Source: the human T2T-CHM13v2.0 reference genome, Homo sapiens. From it: a stretch of 64,000 nt of DNA. The stretch is taken from assembly GCF_009914755.1 (NCBI RefSeq), contig NC_060943.1. One strand, written 5' to 3'. Position 1 is the stretch's first letter. Each line of letters starts with the position of its first letter. The notes under the pieces are model-generated. The model had not been told where the DNA came from. It made no database searches and saw only the letters and a list, made by a program, of their open reading frames with translations. A program made the position numbers and the translations under genes. Below, piece by piece: positions 34,869-64,000 of the stretch.

Positions 34869-37379
34869 CCTCCCGTCTCCCTCTCCCTCTGTCTCCCTCT
34901 CCCTCTCCCGTCTCCCTCTCCCTCTCCCGTCTCCCTCTCCCTCTCCCGTCTCCCTCTCCCTCTCCCGTCTCCCTCTCCCTCTCCCGTCTCCCTCTCCCTC
35001 TCATGCCGAGCCAAAGCTGGACGGTACTGCTGCCATCTCGGCTCACTGCAACCTCCCTGCCTGATTCTCCTGCCTCAGCCTGCCGAGTGCCTGCGATTGC
35101 AGGCGCGCGCCGCCACGCCTGACTGGTTTTCGGTTTTTTTTGGTGGAGATGGGGTTTCGCTGTGTTGGCCGGGCTGGTCTCCAGCTCCTAACCGCGAGTG
35201 ATCCGCCAGCCTCGGCCTCCCGAGGTGCCGGGATTGCAGATGGAGTCTCGTTCACTCAGTGCTCAATGGTGCCCAGGCTGGAGTGCAGTGGCGTGATCTC
35301 GGCTCACTACAACCACCTCCCAGCCGCCTGCCTTGGCCTCCCAAAGAGCCGAGATTGCAGCCTCTGCCCGGCCGCCACCCCGTCTGGGAAGTGAGGAGCG
35401 TCTCTGCTTGGCCACCCATCGTCTGGGATATGAGGAGCCCCTCTGCCTGGCTGCCCAGTGTGGAAAGTGAGGAGCGTCTCTGCCCGGCCGCCATCCCATC
35501 TAGGAAGCGAGAAGCGCCTCTTCCCCGCCGCCATCCCATCTAGGAAGTGAGGAGCGTCTCTGCCCGGCCGCCCATCGTCTGAGATGTGGGGAGCACCTCT
35601 GCCCCACCGCCCTGTCTGGGATGTGAGGAGCGCCTCTGCTGGGCCGCAACCCTGTCTGGGAGGTGAGGAGTGTCTCTGCCCGGCCGCTCCGTCTGAGAAG
35701 TGAGGAAACCCTCTGCCTGGCAACCGCCCCGTCTGAGAAGTGAGGAGCCCCTCCGTCTGGCAACCACCCCGTCTGGGAAGTGAGGAGCGTCTCCGCCCGG
35801 CAGCCACCCCGTCCGGGAGGGAGGTGGGGGGGGTCAGCCCCCCGCCCGGCCAGCCGCCCCGTCCGGGAGGTGAGGGGCTCCTCTGCCCGGCCGCCCCTAC
35901 TGGGAAGTGAGGAGCCCCTCTGCCCGGCCAGCCGCCCCGTCCGGGAGGGAGGCGGGGGGGGGGGGTCGGCCAGCCGCCCCGGCCGGGAGGTGAGGGGCTC
36001 CTCTGCCCGGCCGCCCCTACTGGGAAGTGAGGAGCCCCTCTGCCCGGCCAGTCGCCCCGTCCAGGAGGGAGGTGGGGGGGTCAACCCCCCGCCCGGCCAG
36101 CCGCCCAGTCCGGGAGGGAGGTGGAGGGTCAGCCCCCCGCCTGGCCAGCCGCCCCGTCCGGGAGGTGAGGGGCGCCTCTGCCCGGCCGCCCCTACTGGGA
36201 AGTGAGGAGCCCCTCTGCCCGGCCAGCCGCCCCGCCCAGGAGGGAGGTGGGGGGGTCAGCCCCCCGCCTGGCCAGCCGCCCCATCCGGGAGGGAGGTGGG
36301 GGGGTCAGCCCCCCGCCCGGCCAGCCGCCCCGTCCGGGAGGGGGGAGGGGGGGTCAGCCCCCCGCCCGGCCAGCCGCCCCGTCCGGGAGGGAGGTGGGGG
36401 GGGTCAGCCCCCCGCCCGGCCAGCCGCCCCGTCCGGGAGGGAGGTGGGGGGATCAGCCCCCTGCCTGGCCAGCCGCCCCGTCCGGGAGGTGAGGGGCGCC
36501 TCTGCCCGGCCGCCCCTACTGGGAAGTGAGGACCCCTCTGCCCGGCCAGCCGCCCCGTCCGGGAGGGAGGTGGGGGGAACAGCCCCCCGCCCGGCCAGCC
36601 GCCCTATCCAGGAGGTGAGGGGCGCCTCTGCCTGGCCGCCCCTACTGGGAAGTGAGGAGCCCCTCTGCCTGGCCAGCCGCCCCGTCCGGGAGGGCGGTGG
36701 GGGGGTCAGCCCCCCGCCCGGCCAGCCGCCCCATCTGGGAGGTGAGGGGCACTTCTGCCGGGCCGCCCCTACTGGGAAGTGAGGAGCCCCTCTGCCCGGC
36801 CACGACCCCGTCTGGGAGGTGTGCCCAGCGGCTCATTGGGGATGGGCCATGATGACAATTGCGGTTTTGTGGAATAGAAAGGCGGGAAGGGTGGGGAAAA
36901 AATTGAGAAATCGGATGGTTGCCGGGTCTGTGTGGATAGAAGTAGACATGGGAGACTTTTCATTTTGTTCTGTACTAAGAAAAATTCTTCTGCCTTGGGA
37001 TCCTGTTGATCTGTGACCTTATCCCCAACCCTGTGCTCTCTGAAACATGTGCTGTGTCCACTCAGGGTTAAATGGATTAAGGGCGGTGCAAGATGTGCTT
37101 TGTTAAACAGATGCTTGAAGGCAGCATGCTCGTTAAGAGTCATCACCACTCCCTAATCTTAAGTACCCAGGGACACAAACACTGCGGAAGGCCGCAGGGT
37201 CCTCTGCCTAGGAAAACCAGAGACCTTTGTTCACTTGTTTATCTGCTGACCTTCCCTCCACTATTGTCCTATGACCCTGCCAAATCCCCCTCTGCGAGAA
37301 ACACCCAAGAATGATCAATAAAAATAAAAAAAAAAAAAAAAAAAAAAAAAAATTATTAAATGTGAGAAAAAAAAAAAAA
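34869..37379 (+). mobile_element. Full-length young SVA (E-like, human-specific group) with long VNTR
   Basis: CT-rich head, Alu-like domain, ~1.4 kb GC/CpG-rich VNTR, SINE-R with GGGAGACTTTTCATT (young-type), AATAAA and a long bipartite A tail. Confidence 0.92.
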
Positions 37380-37380
37380 T

Positions 37381-42632
<5,252 letters not shown>

Positions 42633-43399
42633 TTACTTACTAGACACAGATAGTTTACAAATCTAACCTCTAATATACAAACTACATAAATAAGATGGCA
42701 TAGGAAAATACCAAAGGCCCTCATTCCTTTATAGACATATAAATGTAAAAAAAAAAAAACCAACCAAATTACATCTGAAAAAAATTATAAATGAGTTAAG
42801 TGTGTGAAGTGCCCCTGGTGAGAACAATGCAAAGAGCCACTTAGAAGTAAAAGTCTGTACATTTACCCAACAGAGCTCTTTCTGCTCCCCAATATAACAT
42901 ACTGTCTTTAGAAGTAAATTGCCAACTTGTTTTTAATGACAAGTAAAATACTGGCACATTTATCTTTATTACTTGCTTCTAGGAGCCTTTCCAGACACTG
43001 GTTTGTGTCTCTCTTGAAATATAATGCTGAAAGAAACGGTGGTATACTTTGGAGTGACAGTCTTAACTTTGCTGAGACCAAAGGTAAATGTTTCAGCAAC
43101 AGAGAGACTGCTGTACCACAGACAGAAAACAGGTGTAGCACGTGATTATTATTAAGAAGAAACATGAATAAACTCCTTTAACTAAAAGAGAAAGACAAAA
43201 TCTCAGACAAGACACATTCTAAGAACATGTTTGAGAGACTCCCAGAATCTCTAACCAAGACGATTGTTCAGACTATGCCAGGACAAAGCTACATTATAAA
43301 GATTGTGACAGGTAGCCTTTTTTAATGTCCAAATTTCAATCAAGGATTACAATGTATACAAAATAAGGCAATATGGTTCCATAAAAATATAAAATTTTA

Positions 43400-45058
43400 A
43401 AAAAGAAACTATAAAAAAGATGTATACACACCGATTTTAAAAATTGAAAATAAATTGAATAATACTCAGTGAGTGAAACAGGAAGACAGAGAACTATAGA
43501 AAATCAGAAAAATGAAGATAAGAACATAAATATTTAGAATATCAAAAAAACAAATTGTGGAGGTAATAAATATAAAAAAGAATAGCTGAAAAATATTGAA
43601 AGAAACGATGTAAAGATGAAGAAGCTCAACAAACAAACTAGGAAACACACAAAGATATTTATAACAAACACATATATAAGCACAATTTCAAAAGTCACAG
43701 ACAAGAGAACCTTGGGAGCTGCAAGATAAAAGTGATGCGTCATTTGCAAGCATAGTCTTATGAGACAGCCAGTGAATTGTCAACAAAAATTTTGCAGGCC
43801 AGAAGGGAAGTGTGTAATAAAGTCAAACTCCTGTAAAATACAGCAATCAAGTAAGCATAATACTATCAGCAAATCTGTCCTGCCAAATAAAAAGAAAATA
43901 ACTTTCAAAAGTAACAAAATTCTGAAAAGTATATTGGAACTCCATAAACCCTACATACAAAATGTACTGAAAGCAGTTGCTTCTATTGAAAATAACATGA
44001 TTCAACAAAAACAACACAGTCAAATAAAAATACATTACTTTCGGGAGGGGGGAGGGATAGCATTAGGAGAAATACCTAATGTAAACGACGAGTTAATGGG
44101 TGCAGCACACCAACATGGCACATGTATACATATGTAACAAACCTGTACATTGTGCACATGTACCCTAGAACTTAAAGTATAATAATGAAAGAAAAAATAA
44201 AAACAAAACAAAACAAAAACAAAAAACAACAAAAAAATACATTACTTTCTGGGAAAGATTATATGCACATATATACTTTTACTTCTAAGTATATGCACAT
44301 ACACCAAAATGGAATTCCTTAGCATTATCATAATGGTGCAGAAAACATTTTTAATTATTCTCTAAAATTTGAAAGTGAAAATCAGAGAAATCATTATAAA
44401 CATCTGTTAATAAATATACAACATAAAAAGATATAATTAGCAAAATCAATGACAAATTTGAGGGGAGAAGTAATGAGAAAAAAAATGTGCATGCAACTGA
44501 AGTTCTTTTTTACCAGATTGAAATATACTGTTATATCTTTTAGAGGTTTACGTAATCCCCAAGGTCCGAAAAAGAACATGTGTGTATAGATACACAAAAC
44601 AAGAAAGAAGTAAAAGCATATCAATATAAAAATAAAAAGATACAAAGACAGAGAGAAAATGAGTGACCAAGATATAAGAATCAAATAAAACAATTAATAA
44701 AATAACATTAGTATGTCTTTCTGTTTCAGAAAATTATTTAAATATATATGTTTAACTTTCCAATCAAGAGACATACTTTCAATAGAGACTTATTTAAATA
44801 TTTTAAAAACTGAGATCCAACTTGCCTTTCTACGACAGTAAGCTGAGATCTATTGATTAAAAAAAAACTGAAAGTGGCAAGATGGATGTAGATATTGCAT
44901 GTAAATATTAACCAAATGAGAGAAGAGGTCAAAATAATATTACATAAGCTACATCTTACGTGAAAAACTTTCATATTTTATAAAATGTACTGCAAGTCAA
45001 AACTGCAAAGAGACAAAGAAGGGCATTAAACAATAATAGATTCATTTACTGATAACCT

Positions 45059-45096
<38 letters not shown>

Positions 45097-48000
45097 CTCA
45101 CATTAAGGTTCCAAATACATAAAGCAAATATTGATAGAACTGAAGAAACATCTAGACAGCAATACTATAGTAGGACATTTCAATAACTTACTTTCTGTAA
45201 TAAAAATAAATCAAAACAGAATATTTGTAAGTGAAGAGAGGACGTGAAGGCAGTATAAAACAATTATTTCTAACAGAGGTATAGAGAAGATTCCTCAACA
45301 ATATCGGGATACACATGCTTCTCAATTGCTCATACAACATTCTCCTTAATAGACCACATGTTAGGCCAAAAAAGAAGTCTTAACACATTTGTTAAGACTG
45401 AGATTGTATGGATTATATTACATGAACAAAATGGGAGTATAAAACAATAATAGAAAAACAATTAAACATTTACAAATATATGGAAATTAACACACTCTTG
45501 AGCATGCTCCTGTTCAAAGATAGAAATAATAGATATTTTGAAAATGTCCATACTTTTCAAAGTAATCTACAGATTTAGTGCAATGTTGTTAAAAATTTCT
45601 CATTGCATTTTTGAGAAACTAGAAACAACAACCCCAAAAGTATATAAAATGTCAAGAGACAATAAAGTACCCAAGAGTCTTCAAAAAAAAGAAAATGTTG
45701 AAGGCATTATAGTTCCTGATTTAAAAGCACATTGCAAAGCTACATAATTAAAACAAGTTGGTATGAGTATAATGGTTAAAAAGTAGACTAATAAAATAGA
45801 ATGCCACATCTATAGAAACTTTCACATATATGTTTATATGAAGAGTTATTTTCATATCCATAATTATTGCAGCATTTTTTACCAATAGCAATGCAAGTTT
45901 CTTTCCTTTTTCTTTCCTTTTTTTTTTATTTTTTATTTTTTGAGATGGAGTCTTGCACTGTTGCCCAGGCTGGAGTGCAGTGGCATGATCTTGGCTCACT
46001 GCAACCTCCGCCTCCTGGGTTCAAGTGATTCTCCTGCCTCAGCCTCCTGAGTAGCTGGGACTACAGGTGTGTGCCACCATGCCTGGCTAATTTTTGTATT
46101 TTTAGCAGAGACAGCATTTCACCATGTTGGCCAGGATGGTCTCGATCTCTTGACCTTGATATCCGCCTGCCTCAGCCTCTCAAAGTGCTGGGATTACAGG
46201 CATGAGCCACCGTGCCCGGCAATGCAACTTTCTGTCACCAAATTATCCAATAGATATAATTTGCAATATAAAAATACTGGAATATCATCCAGGATTTAAA
46301 AAGCAGGAAATATTCTAATAACTCTAAAAATAAAGCTTGATGACATTATGCAAAATAAAATGAGCTAGCCACAATGAGACAGAGATTGTATGAGACACAT
46401 GAAGCAGTCACATTCTTAGAAATAGAAAACAAAGTGGTGTTTGCAAAGTGCCAGAACATCAGACAAATTGGTTGTTGTACATTGAGATTTAGCTTTGCAA
46501 GATAAAACATTCTAGGGGTATGCTGCATAACATTATCAATATAATTAAGAGGAATAAACAGAATATTAAAAAATATTTGATAATGGGCCTGGTGCCGGGA
46601 CTCACATCTGTAATCCCAGCACTTTGGGAGGCCAAGGTGGGCGGATCACAAGGTCAGGAGTTCGAGACCAGCCTGGCCAACACAGTGAGGCAAAAGAATC
46701 ACTTGAACCCAGGAGGCGGAGGTTGCAGCGAGCCAAGATCCCGCCACTACACCCCAGTCTTGGCGACAGAGCGAGACTCCGTCTCAAAAAAAAAAAATTG
46801 CTAATATTTTATGTGTTCAAGTAAAAATGAACAATTAATACCAAGAAAGATACAGTTACAATAGTTTCAATATTATCTTCAAATCCCAAAGTGTTTCTCC
46901 CACATAGAAGTAATGTAGATTCACAACAGATATTGAAATTAGGAGAATTTTTATAACTGGTCACCTAGCCAAGATTGAACGACCATTTACAACAAACCTA
47001 CACAACAAATATACAAGTCATAAAATAAACAGAGATGATATTTGTAGAGGCAAACAAACACAGAGGTAATTATATTGGCAGTAGACATATGGCTGATTTA
47101 TATTTGATTTGGCTAGACACAGTCTTAAATTGTACAGAGTTAAACACTGTCATACACAATGGCAATATAAAATAAAACACCAAAACACAAGCAACTGGTG
47201 TTAGGTGTCATACCTTAAAATACATAACACAATATAAAATATATATATATATAATATATGTAAAATATATAACACAAAATTAAAATATGGAATGTAAAAC
47301 GTATTGGATGCCATCAAGTAGATCAATATATTCATCAAATGAATCTTAGAAGAATATAGGGAAAAAGTAATACAGAGGTAACTTGAAGACAAAAAAGGCT
47401 GAGAACTTCCCAAATTTTTATGTAACAAAAAAATTTCTAACCAATATTTAATTCAAAATTATTTTACTTCAAAAACAAGATAAAAATAAGGACTTTCCAA
47501 AATAAAAATTCAGGGCATTTATTACAACTACCACAGTCCTACATAAAATGTTACATGGTGGCCAGGCACAGTGGCTCAGGCCTGTAATTCTACAGCTTTA
47601 GGAAGCCAAGGCAGATAGATCACTTGAGACCAGTAGTTCAAGATCAGCCAGAGAAACATAGTGAAACTCTGCATATAAACAAAAAGAAATGCTAAAATGA
47701 GTCCATTATGTTGAAGAACAAAATGATGCCAGAAGTATCAAAAAAATGTATAAATATAAAACTCTCTATTAAATGTAAATACAGACACATATAGAATTTT
47801 TTTACTATCATAATGATGCACATAAAACCCTTACAGTTCTTTAGATATAAAAAACAAGATATAAATCTGCATAAATCTGTTAATAGATACACAATGTAAG
47901 ATAATATGGTTTTTAATATTAATAACAAATTGGAAAATATAACAACAGAGGTTTTGTACTTAATTGAAGGTGTGATGAGATTAAAATACATTGTTTTAAC

Positions 48001-48200
48001 TTTAAGATGTTTTATGTAATCTGTTTTTCAATATGGTTACATTATATTTCAAGATGATTACATTATACTTCTGGAAAGTATGCAAAACAAAATAAAAAAT
48101 AATCAAAGCAAGTCACAACAAAATTAAAACAAACAAAAATTAAGGTAGTAACACAGGAAATGAGAAAAGACATATCTACAAGAAACACATAAAATAGTAA
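43400..48200 (+). mobile_element. Old L1M fragments with embedded Alus and a (TG)n repeat at 45061-45094
   Basis: A-rich L1 ORF1/ORF2-like decayed sequence antisense to ZNF100. Confidence 0.65.
44042..44233 (+). mobile_element. Short 5'-truncated L1PA 3' end
   Basis: GGGAGGGATAGCATTAGGAG...CCTAGAACTTAAAGTATAATAA plus A-rich tail; TSD AAAATACATTACTTT. Confidence 0.9.
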
Positions 48201-48205
48201 CAATG

Positions 48206-58230
<10,025 letters not shown>

Positions 58231-58617
58231 ATGATGAAAAAAGAGAACTAAAAAATAGTTTAACATAGAGTTTCCCAAAATTATGCAGATATCTGTGTGT
58301 CCCCCCAAATAATGGAAAAGTAGGGAGATTGTGCAGTCTTTTATATGCCTTGAAAAGGACTCTGGCTCTCACTGTAAACCTGAAGGAAGATCACCAAAAG
58401 GAAAGTAGAATCTTTAAAGAATTTAAAAGCATAAGACAGAAGATGCCCCTACGTGACAGCCAAAAAAAAAAAAAAAAAAAGCCCAAAAAACAAAAACACT
58501 CAGGCATCCCAGAAACTATTTCCTTTGGAACATAGCTTCCCAAACCACATTTTAATGACCAGCTTTCTTTTTGACCTTTGGACCTCACATCTGTGTCATC
58601 TGTTGTGTTCACTCTCA

Positions 58618-58752
<135 letters not shown>

Positions 58753-58894
58753 TCATATTCTCCAATTACCAACCTAGTACTATGCTTAGTAAAGAGGAGG
58801 TGATAGAATATTCTAGAAAATTAATCCTAACGTACTAATTAATGAGAGAAATTTCTAAATATTTAGAAAATATTTTAAATTTGTAGGTTCTTAA

Positions 58895-59275
<381 letters not shown>

Positions 59276-59484
59276 TAAAAACATGGGCAACAATATTTTA
59301 TGACACTAAATTTCTGGAATTACCACTAATCTAGAGTGAAGGATACAGATCAGCTCAGGAATATGGAAAGTTCAGGTCAAGATGAAACATCTTGAATACA
59401 TTCTTTTCCACACACAGCCTCAAGATTTTCTTGAAAAAACGGATCAGAAACTCATTTATGCAAAGCATGAATTACCAAAAATCA

Positions 59485-59706
<222 letters not shown>

Positions 59707-60120
59707 TTACCAAGTGGCCATGGGCAGAATTTATTATTTGAATTAAAATGAAATGACAGAGCAAAGAGAATTGGTTCTGATTAATAGAAATGACAAATTT
59801 TCCAATAATTTTTAACACAGAAATATTCTCTAAAATATTCTCTAATTCTGAGAGAAGAGAATGGCATAAGATCCACAACACCAGTGTATATATGACACTT
59901 TTCTAGATAAAGTATAAAATTAAGAGCATAAACACAAACATATACATTTTTGAGTGTTATTATTTATATCATAAAGAATGAGTTGTGTATATTTTTCAGA
60001 CAAAAAAGAGATGTTGAGTTAGAAGGCACCTCCTGAATTTTAATGTTTACAATAAACTGGAAATCTTGTGCAGATTTTTTTTCAGAAGATCTGGAATGAA
60101 GTCTGAGTTTCTGAATTTCT

Positions 60121-60427
<307 letters not shown>

Positions 60428-63305
60428 GAGTTTCTGAATTTCTAACGAGCTCACTAGTAATGCCAAAGTTTTTGGCCCCAAAAGAAAATTCTGTGAAACA
60501 TCCAGTAAGTGGAAGAGCCTGTGTTTTACCAGATTTTTCTGGCCTGTAAAACAAAGAGCCTTCATTTTCCAAAGACAGCTACATGCAAAGAAAACATAAG
60601 AAAAAAGGGCAGCTGCCAGATTAAATGTGATGGCTTATGCACATTAACTGCATAAAGATGCCTAATAATGACAAGAAAAATAGTTAACTCTGTAGTGAAA
60701 GAAATATCAGAGAGCTTTTTAACCAAGTAAATTATTAATATCAACCATAGTAGGACGAATTTTTATGTTGTGCTTATGCACATAGAAGAACATAGCATCA
60801 TTGCCTAGATATTGCCCCTCCAAAAGTAAATTATATTCTGAATTCAATCATACAGAAACATCAGTTTTATGCAAAGTTCAAGATACAGGTATCTCCAATG
60901 TTCTGTAATTTTCAATAATGATTTTAAGTAGTCTTTCTTCAGCACCCTATATAGCAGGTATCTCTCAATCTTTTTTCAGAACTTTCTGGGTAATAAATGC
61001 CATCCTATTTAAGTAAGTATTTTCTTAATCCTGTTCTGCATAGAGCTAATGGAGAACACAGATGGAACCTCAACATTACATATTCTCCACGTAAACCCCA
61101 GCTTTCCCCAATAGGAATCTTGAGTATCCACATCCTTCCATGTTCAACAGCCACAATGGGAACATTTTTAATAGTGCAGATCATAAATTCATGGTAGGAA
61201 TTCTGCATGGCATATAAGAAGCCATGATATTGAGAATGTAGAGAAGGCTCTAGTACATAGGAAAGAAATATTTTGCATAGACCCTTGACTATCATTAGAA
61301 TTTTAAAAAGTAGTTAAACTCATTAGTAAGGAAAAACACAAGTAGAGAAGTAAAGGTTTGCAAATACTAAATGCATGAGACTCTAGAAAAGAGTGGACAA
61401 AGCTCTTGATGTGAGACTTACTTAGCTGAAGAAAAAAAAACATCATTTTTCCTCTTTCTCCTTCTTCTCTTGGAATCCTTTTCAGATGAAATTCTCTAAA
61501 GAAGTAACATCTACATCTTGAGAAAACTGCCTTAAATGTGTCAGCACCACCTTCTTACCTGCTAGCACCACGCCCACAGACAGAAGGACCAAGACCAAAA
61601 AGTCCACCCATACCTCTCCCTTATAACAGAGGAGATTCAGGAAAAATGTGCTGCTCCATGGATGTAAAAATGTAAGTTTCTCCTTTCCCGTCTCAGGTGC
61701 CCTCCCCTGCCACAAACACCAGCAATTTCTGCTACAGTAATGAACATATGGGCCACACTGCCCTGTCCCTACCAAACCCAAACAGAACAGGTATCGTAAC
61801 CACCCTCTAGTGCAAAGGTGGCACTTAACTCTCATGAATGTATCTTGAAGCCCTCATACTTCATTCTGGCCTCACCTTAGAGTCACATGAGGCACTTCAT
61901 TAAAATAACATGGATGCTTCCACCCACAACAATAAACAGAAGCTGTGGGGAAGGCACAAGAGATTTTTGCCAACTGGTCATGTGATCTTAATGAGAAGCC
62001 TGGGCTGATAACCACTTAGCTAAGCATTGCCTCTCAAGCTTTAATGAGCTCAAAAATCACTTGGTAATGTTGGTCCCACTTTATGTAATGTGATTCTGCA
62101 TGTTTGGAAAGGGTTCATGAGTGGGTGTTTCAAACAAGTCCCCTGCCAATGCTGATGTTGCTCCCCCAGGCTCATCATTAGCATTAGTGAGAGAAAGCAG
62201 GCACCGCACAGAGTCCCTGACATTCAGCACTCTTGTCACAACACAAATACTTCTGGTACAAATGAAGACAACCACACTCCATCCTGAAGTTTTATATTAT
62301 TTGCTGGCTCTTTAAAGTTTACAGAGGAAACAAAAGGCAGCAATGTTGGAATAAGTCTGCATTTGGAAAACAACATGTACACATGTACTAATGCAATAAT
62401 TATTAAGCAGGTACTATGTGCTCAAGAGTACAATATAGAGCACTGTGCTGGGCATAACATATTATGTGATTTAATCCCCATAACACATTGGAAGTTGATA
62501 CTAAGTGTTCAGTAATTCTCAGGATTTAGATAAAGGGCCCAGCATTATTACTTCTTCCTCTGTTTCTCTGTTATTGATTTTTTAAAAAAAATGTACAGAA
62601 TAAGGCTAAATATAGACAGAGGAGGGGGCATAGAAAGAGTTTAAGAAATTTTTTTCTATTTATATTTACTTGTCTGTGACTTGTGGAGCAACTACTGGAT
62701 CTGCAAGAATAGAAAACAAGCTGCTAAATGGAATGTTTCTGTAAGCACTGGTTTTAATACAAAATTTAAAAAAATAAGATGTTAAAATGTATAGTTTATT
62801 TTTCTTATTTATCTGCTTTTGGGTTGCAGGAAATTGTAAGCACCAGCTCTAGAAAGGCAGAAGGATTTACCGGCCAAAACTCTGACCTTTATAAATCAGT
62901 TCTGTAAGGCAAGACTCCAAAGTGGGCCAGACCTAAAGAAGGCCTTCAAAAAGGGTGAATCTGAACAGAACTGGGGCAGGGAAAGGACCCTATGGAGAAT
63001 TCTGTTCTCTGCCACTGGGGTATTTCCAGTTCTGTTTTTCCTAAGCTTACCTAAGAAAAACTTAAATCCTAGAGTTTATGTAACTTTAATCTATTTTTGC
63101 CACTGCTCTGTCAATTTTATAACTATACTAACAGGCAATTTAAATGACTCTTTTAAAGTTTTCTGGAATAATTTCATTAGAAGATAAGTATGTATTCTAA
63201 CAAAGTAAAAGATACACAAATAATACTAACAACTCTTCAGTCCATAAATATCCCTTCAGGTGATAACCTCAGAAGACACAACAATATAAAAAGAAGTGGG
63301 CAAAG

Positions 63306-63612
<307 letters not shown>

Positions 63613-64000
63613 GAAGAGGCCAAAGTTTTGTTTTGCTTTGCACACATCTATTCACCGTACCAACCATATGATGTTTAATTCAACCGTGTATCCAGTTGCT
63701 AGTCTAGAGCAAAAGTTTCTGGATGGTAGGGACCGTGACTGCTTCATCTATTTTTTGAATGACCTTATGAAATGGAAGCAATTAGTTTATCTTTTGAGTC
63801 ACCAGACCTCCTCTTTGTGTTTCACCAAAGTAACAGCAAACTAGAGAAACTCTCATCTGGGTACCAACCAAAGTTATCTCTTGTATGAGTATGAAGGGAG
63901 AAAAAAAAAAAACAGAATGACTCATTTCTCTTACACCGAGACAGAAGCAGAATTAACCACTCGTCAGCCTGAAACAATTCTGCACTGGACATCCTCAAAT

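Noticed and set aside
35380-36810. CRISPR-like periodic repeats
   Set aside because: SVA VNTR units without unique spacers, in eukaryotic DNA with no cas genes.
35043-37314. Long GC-rich ORFs (up to 251 aa) in the SVA
   Set aside because: Translations of the VNTR, Alu-like and SINE-R repeats; no protein family signal. The same applies to 21902-23295.

Overview
Human (primate) genomic DNA from the 19p12 ZNF91-family KRAB zinc-finger cluster. It is almost all retroelement-derived and contains no prokaryotic-type systems. The right half holds the 3' part of ZNF100 on the minus strand (KRAB-A exon, KRAB-B exon, zinc-finger exon and long 3' UTR), with L1/Alu/MaLR-filled introns. Downstream of the gene are a young full-length SVA and a VN1R pseudogene fragment. 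The left half is nested: a full-length but defective HERV-T (HERVS71/LTR6, PBS-Thr) provirus lies in an Alu, which lies in a deleted PBS-Pro (HUERS-P/LTR9-like) provirus, which integrated into an MTDH processed pseudogene. The most notable unexplained structure is a rearrangement history readable from target-site duplications (TSDs). The MTDH retrocopy plus a solo LTR was duplicated head-to-head. One arm was split by the PBS-Pro provirus. Most of that arm was then re-inverted at an Alu with mismatched TSDs (19484-19790), leaving the two LTRs and two pseudogene halves in opposite orientations. Repeat subfamily names and pseudogene symbols come from recall of consensus sequences, not from a database search.
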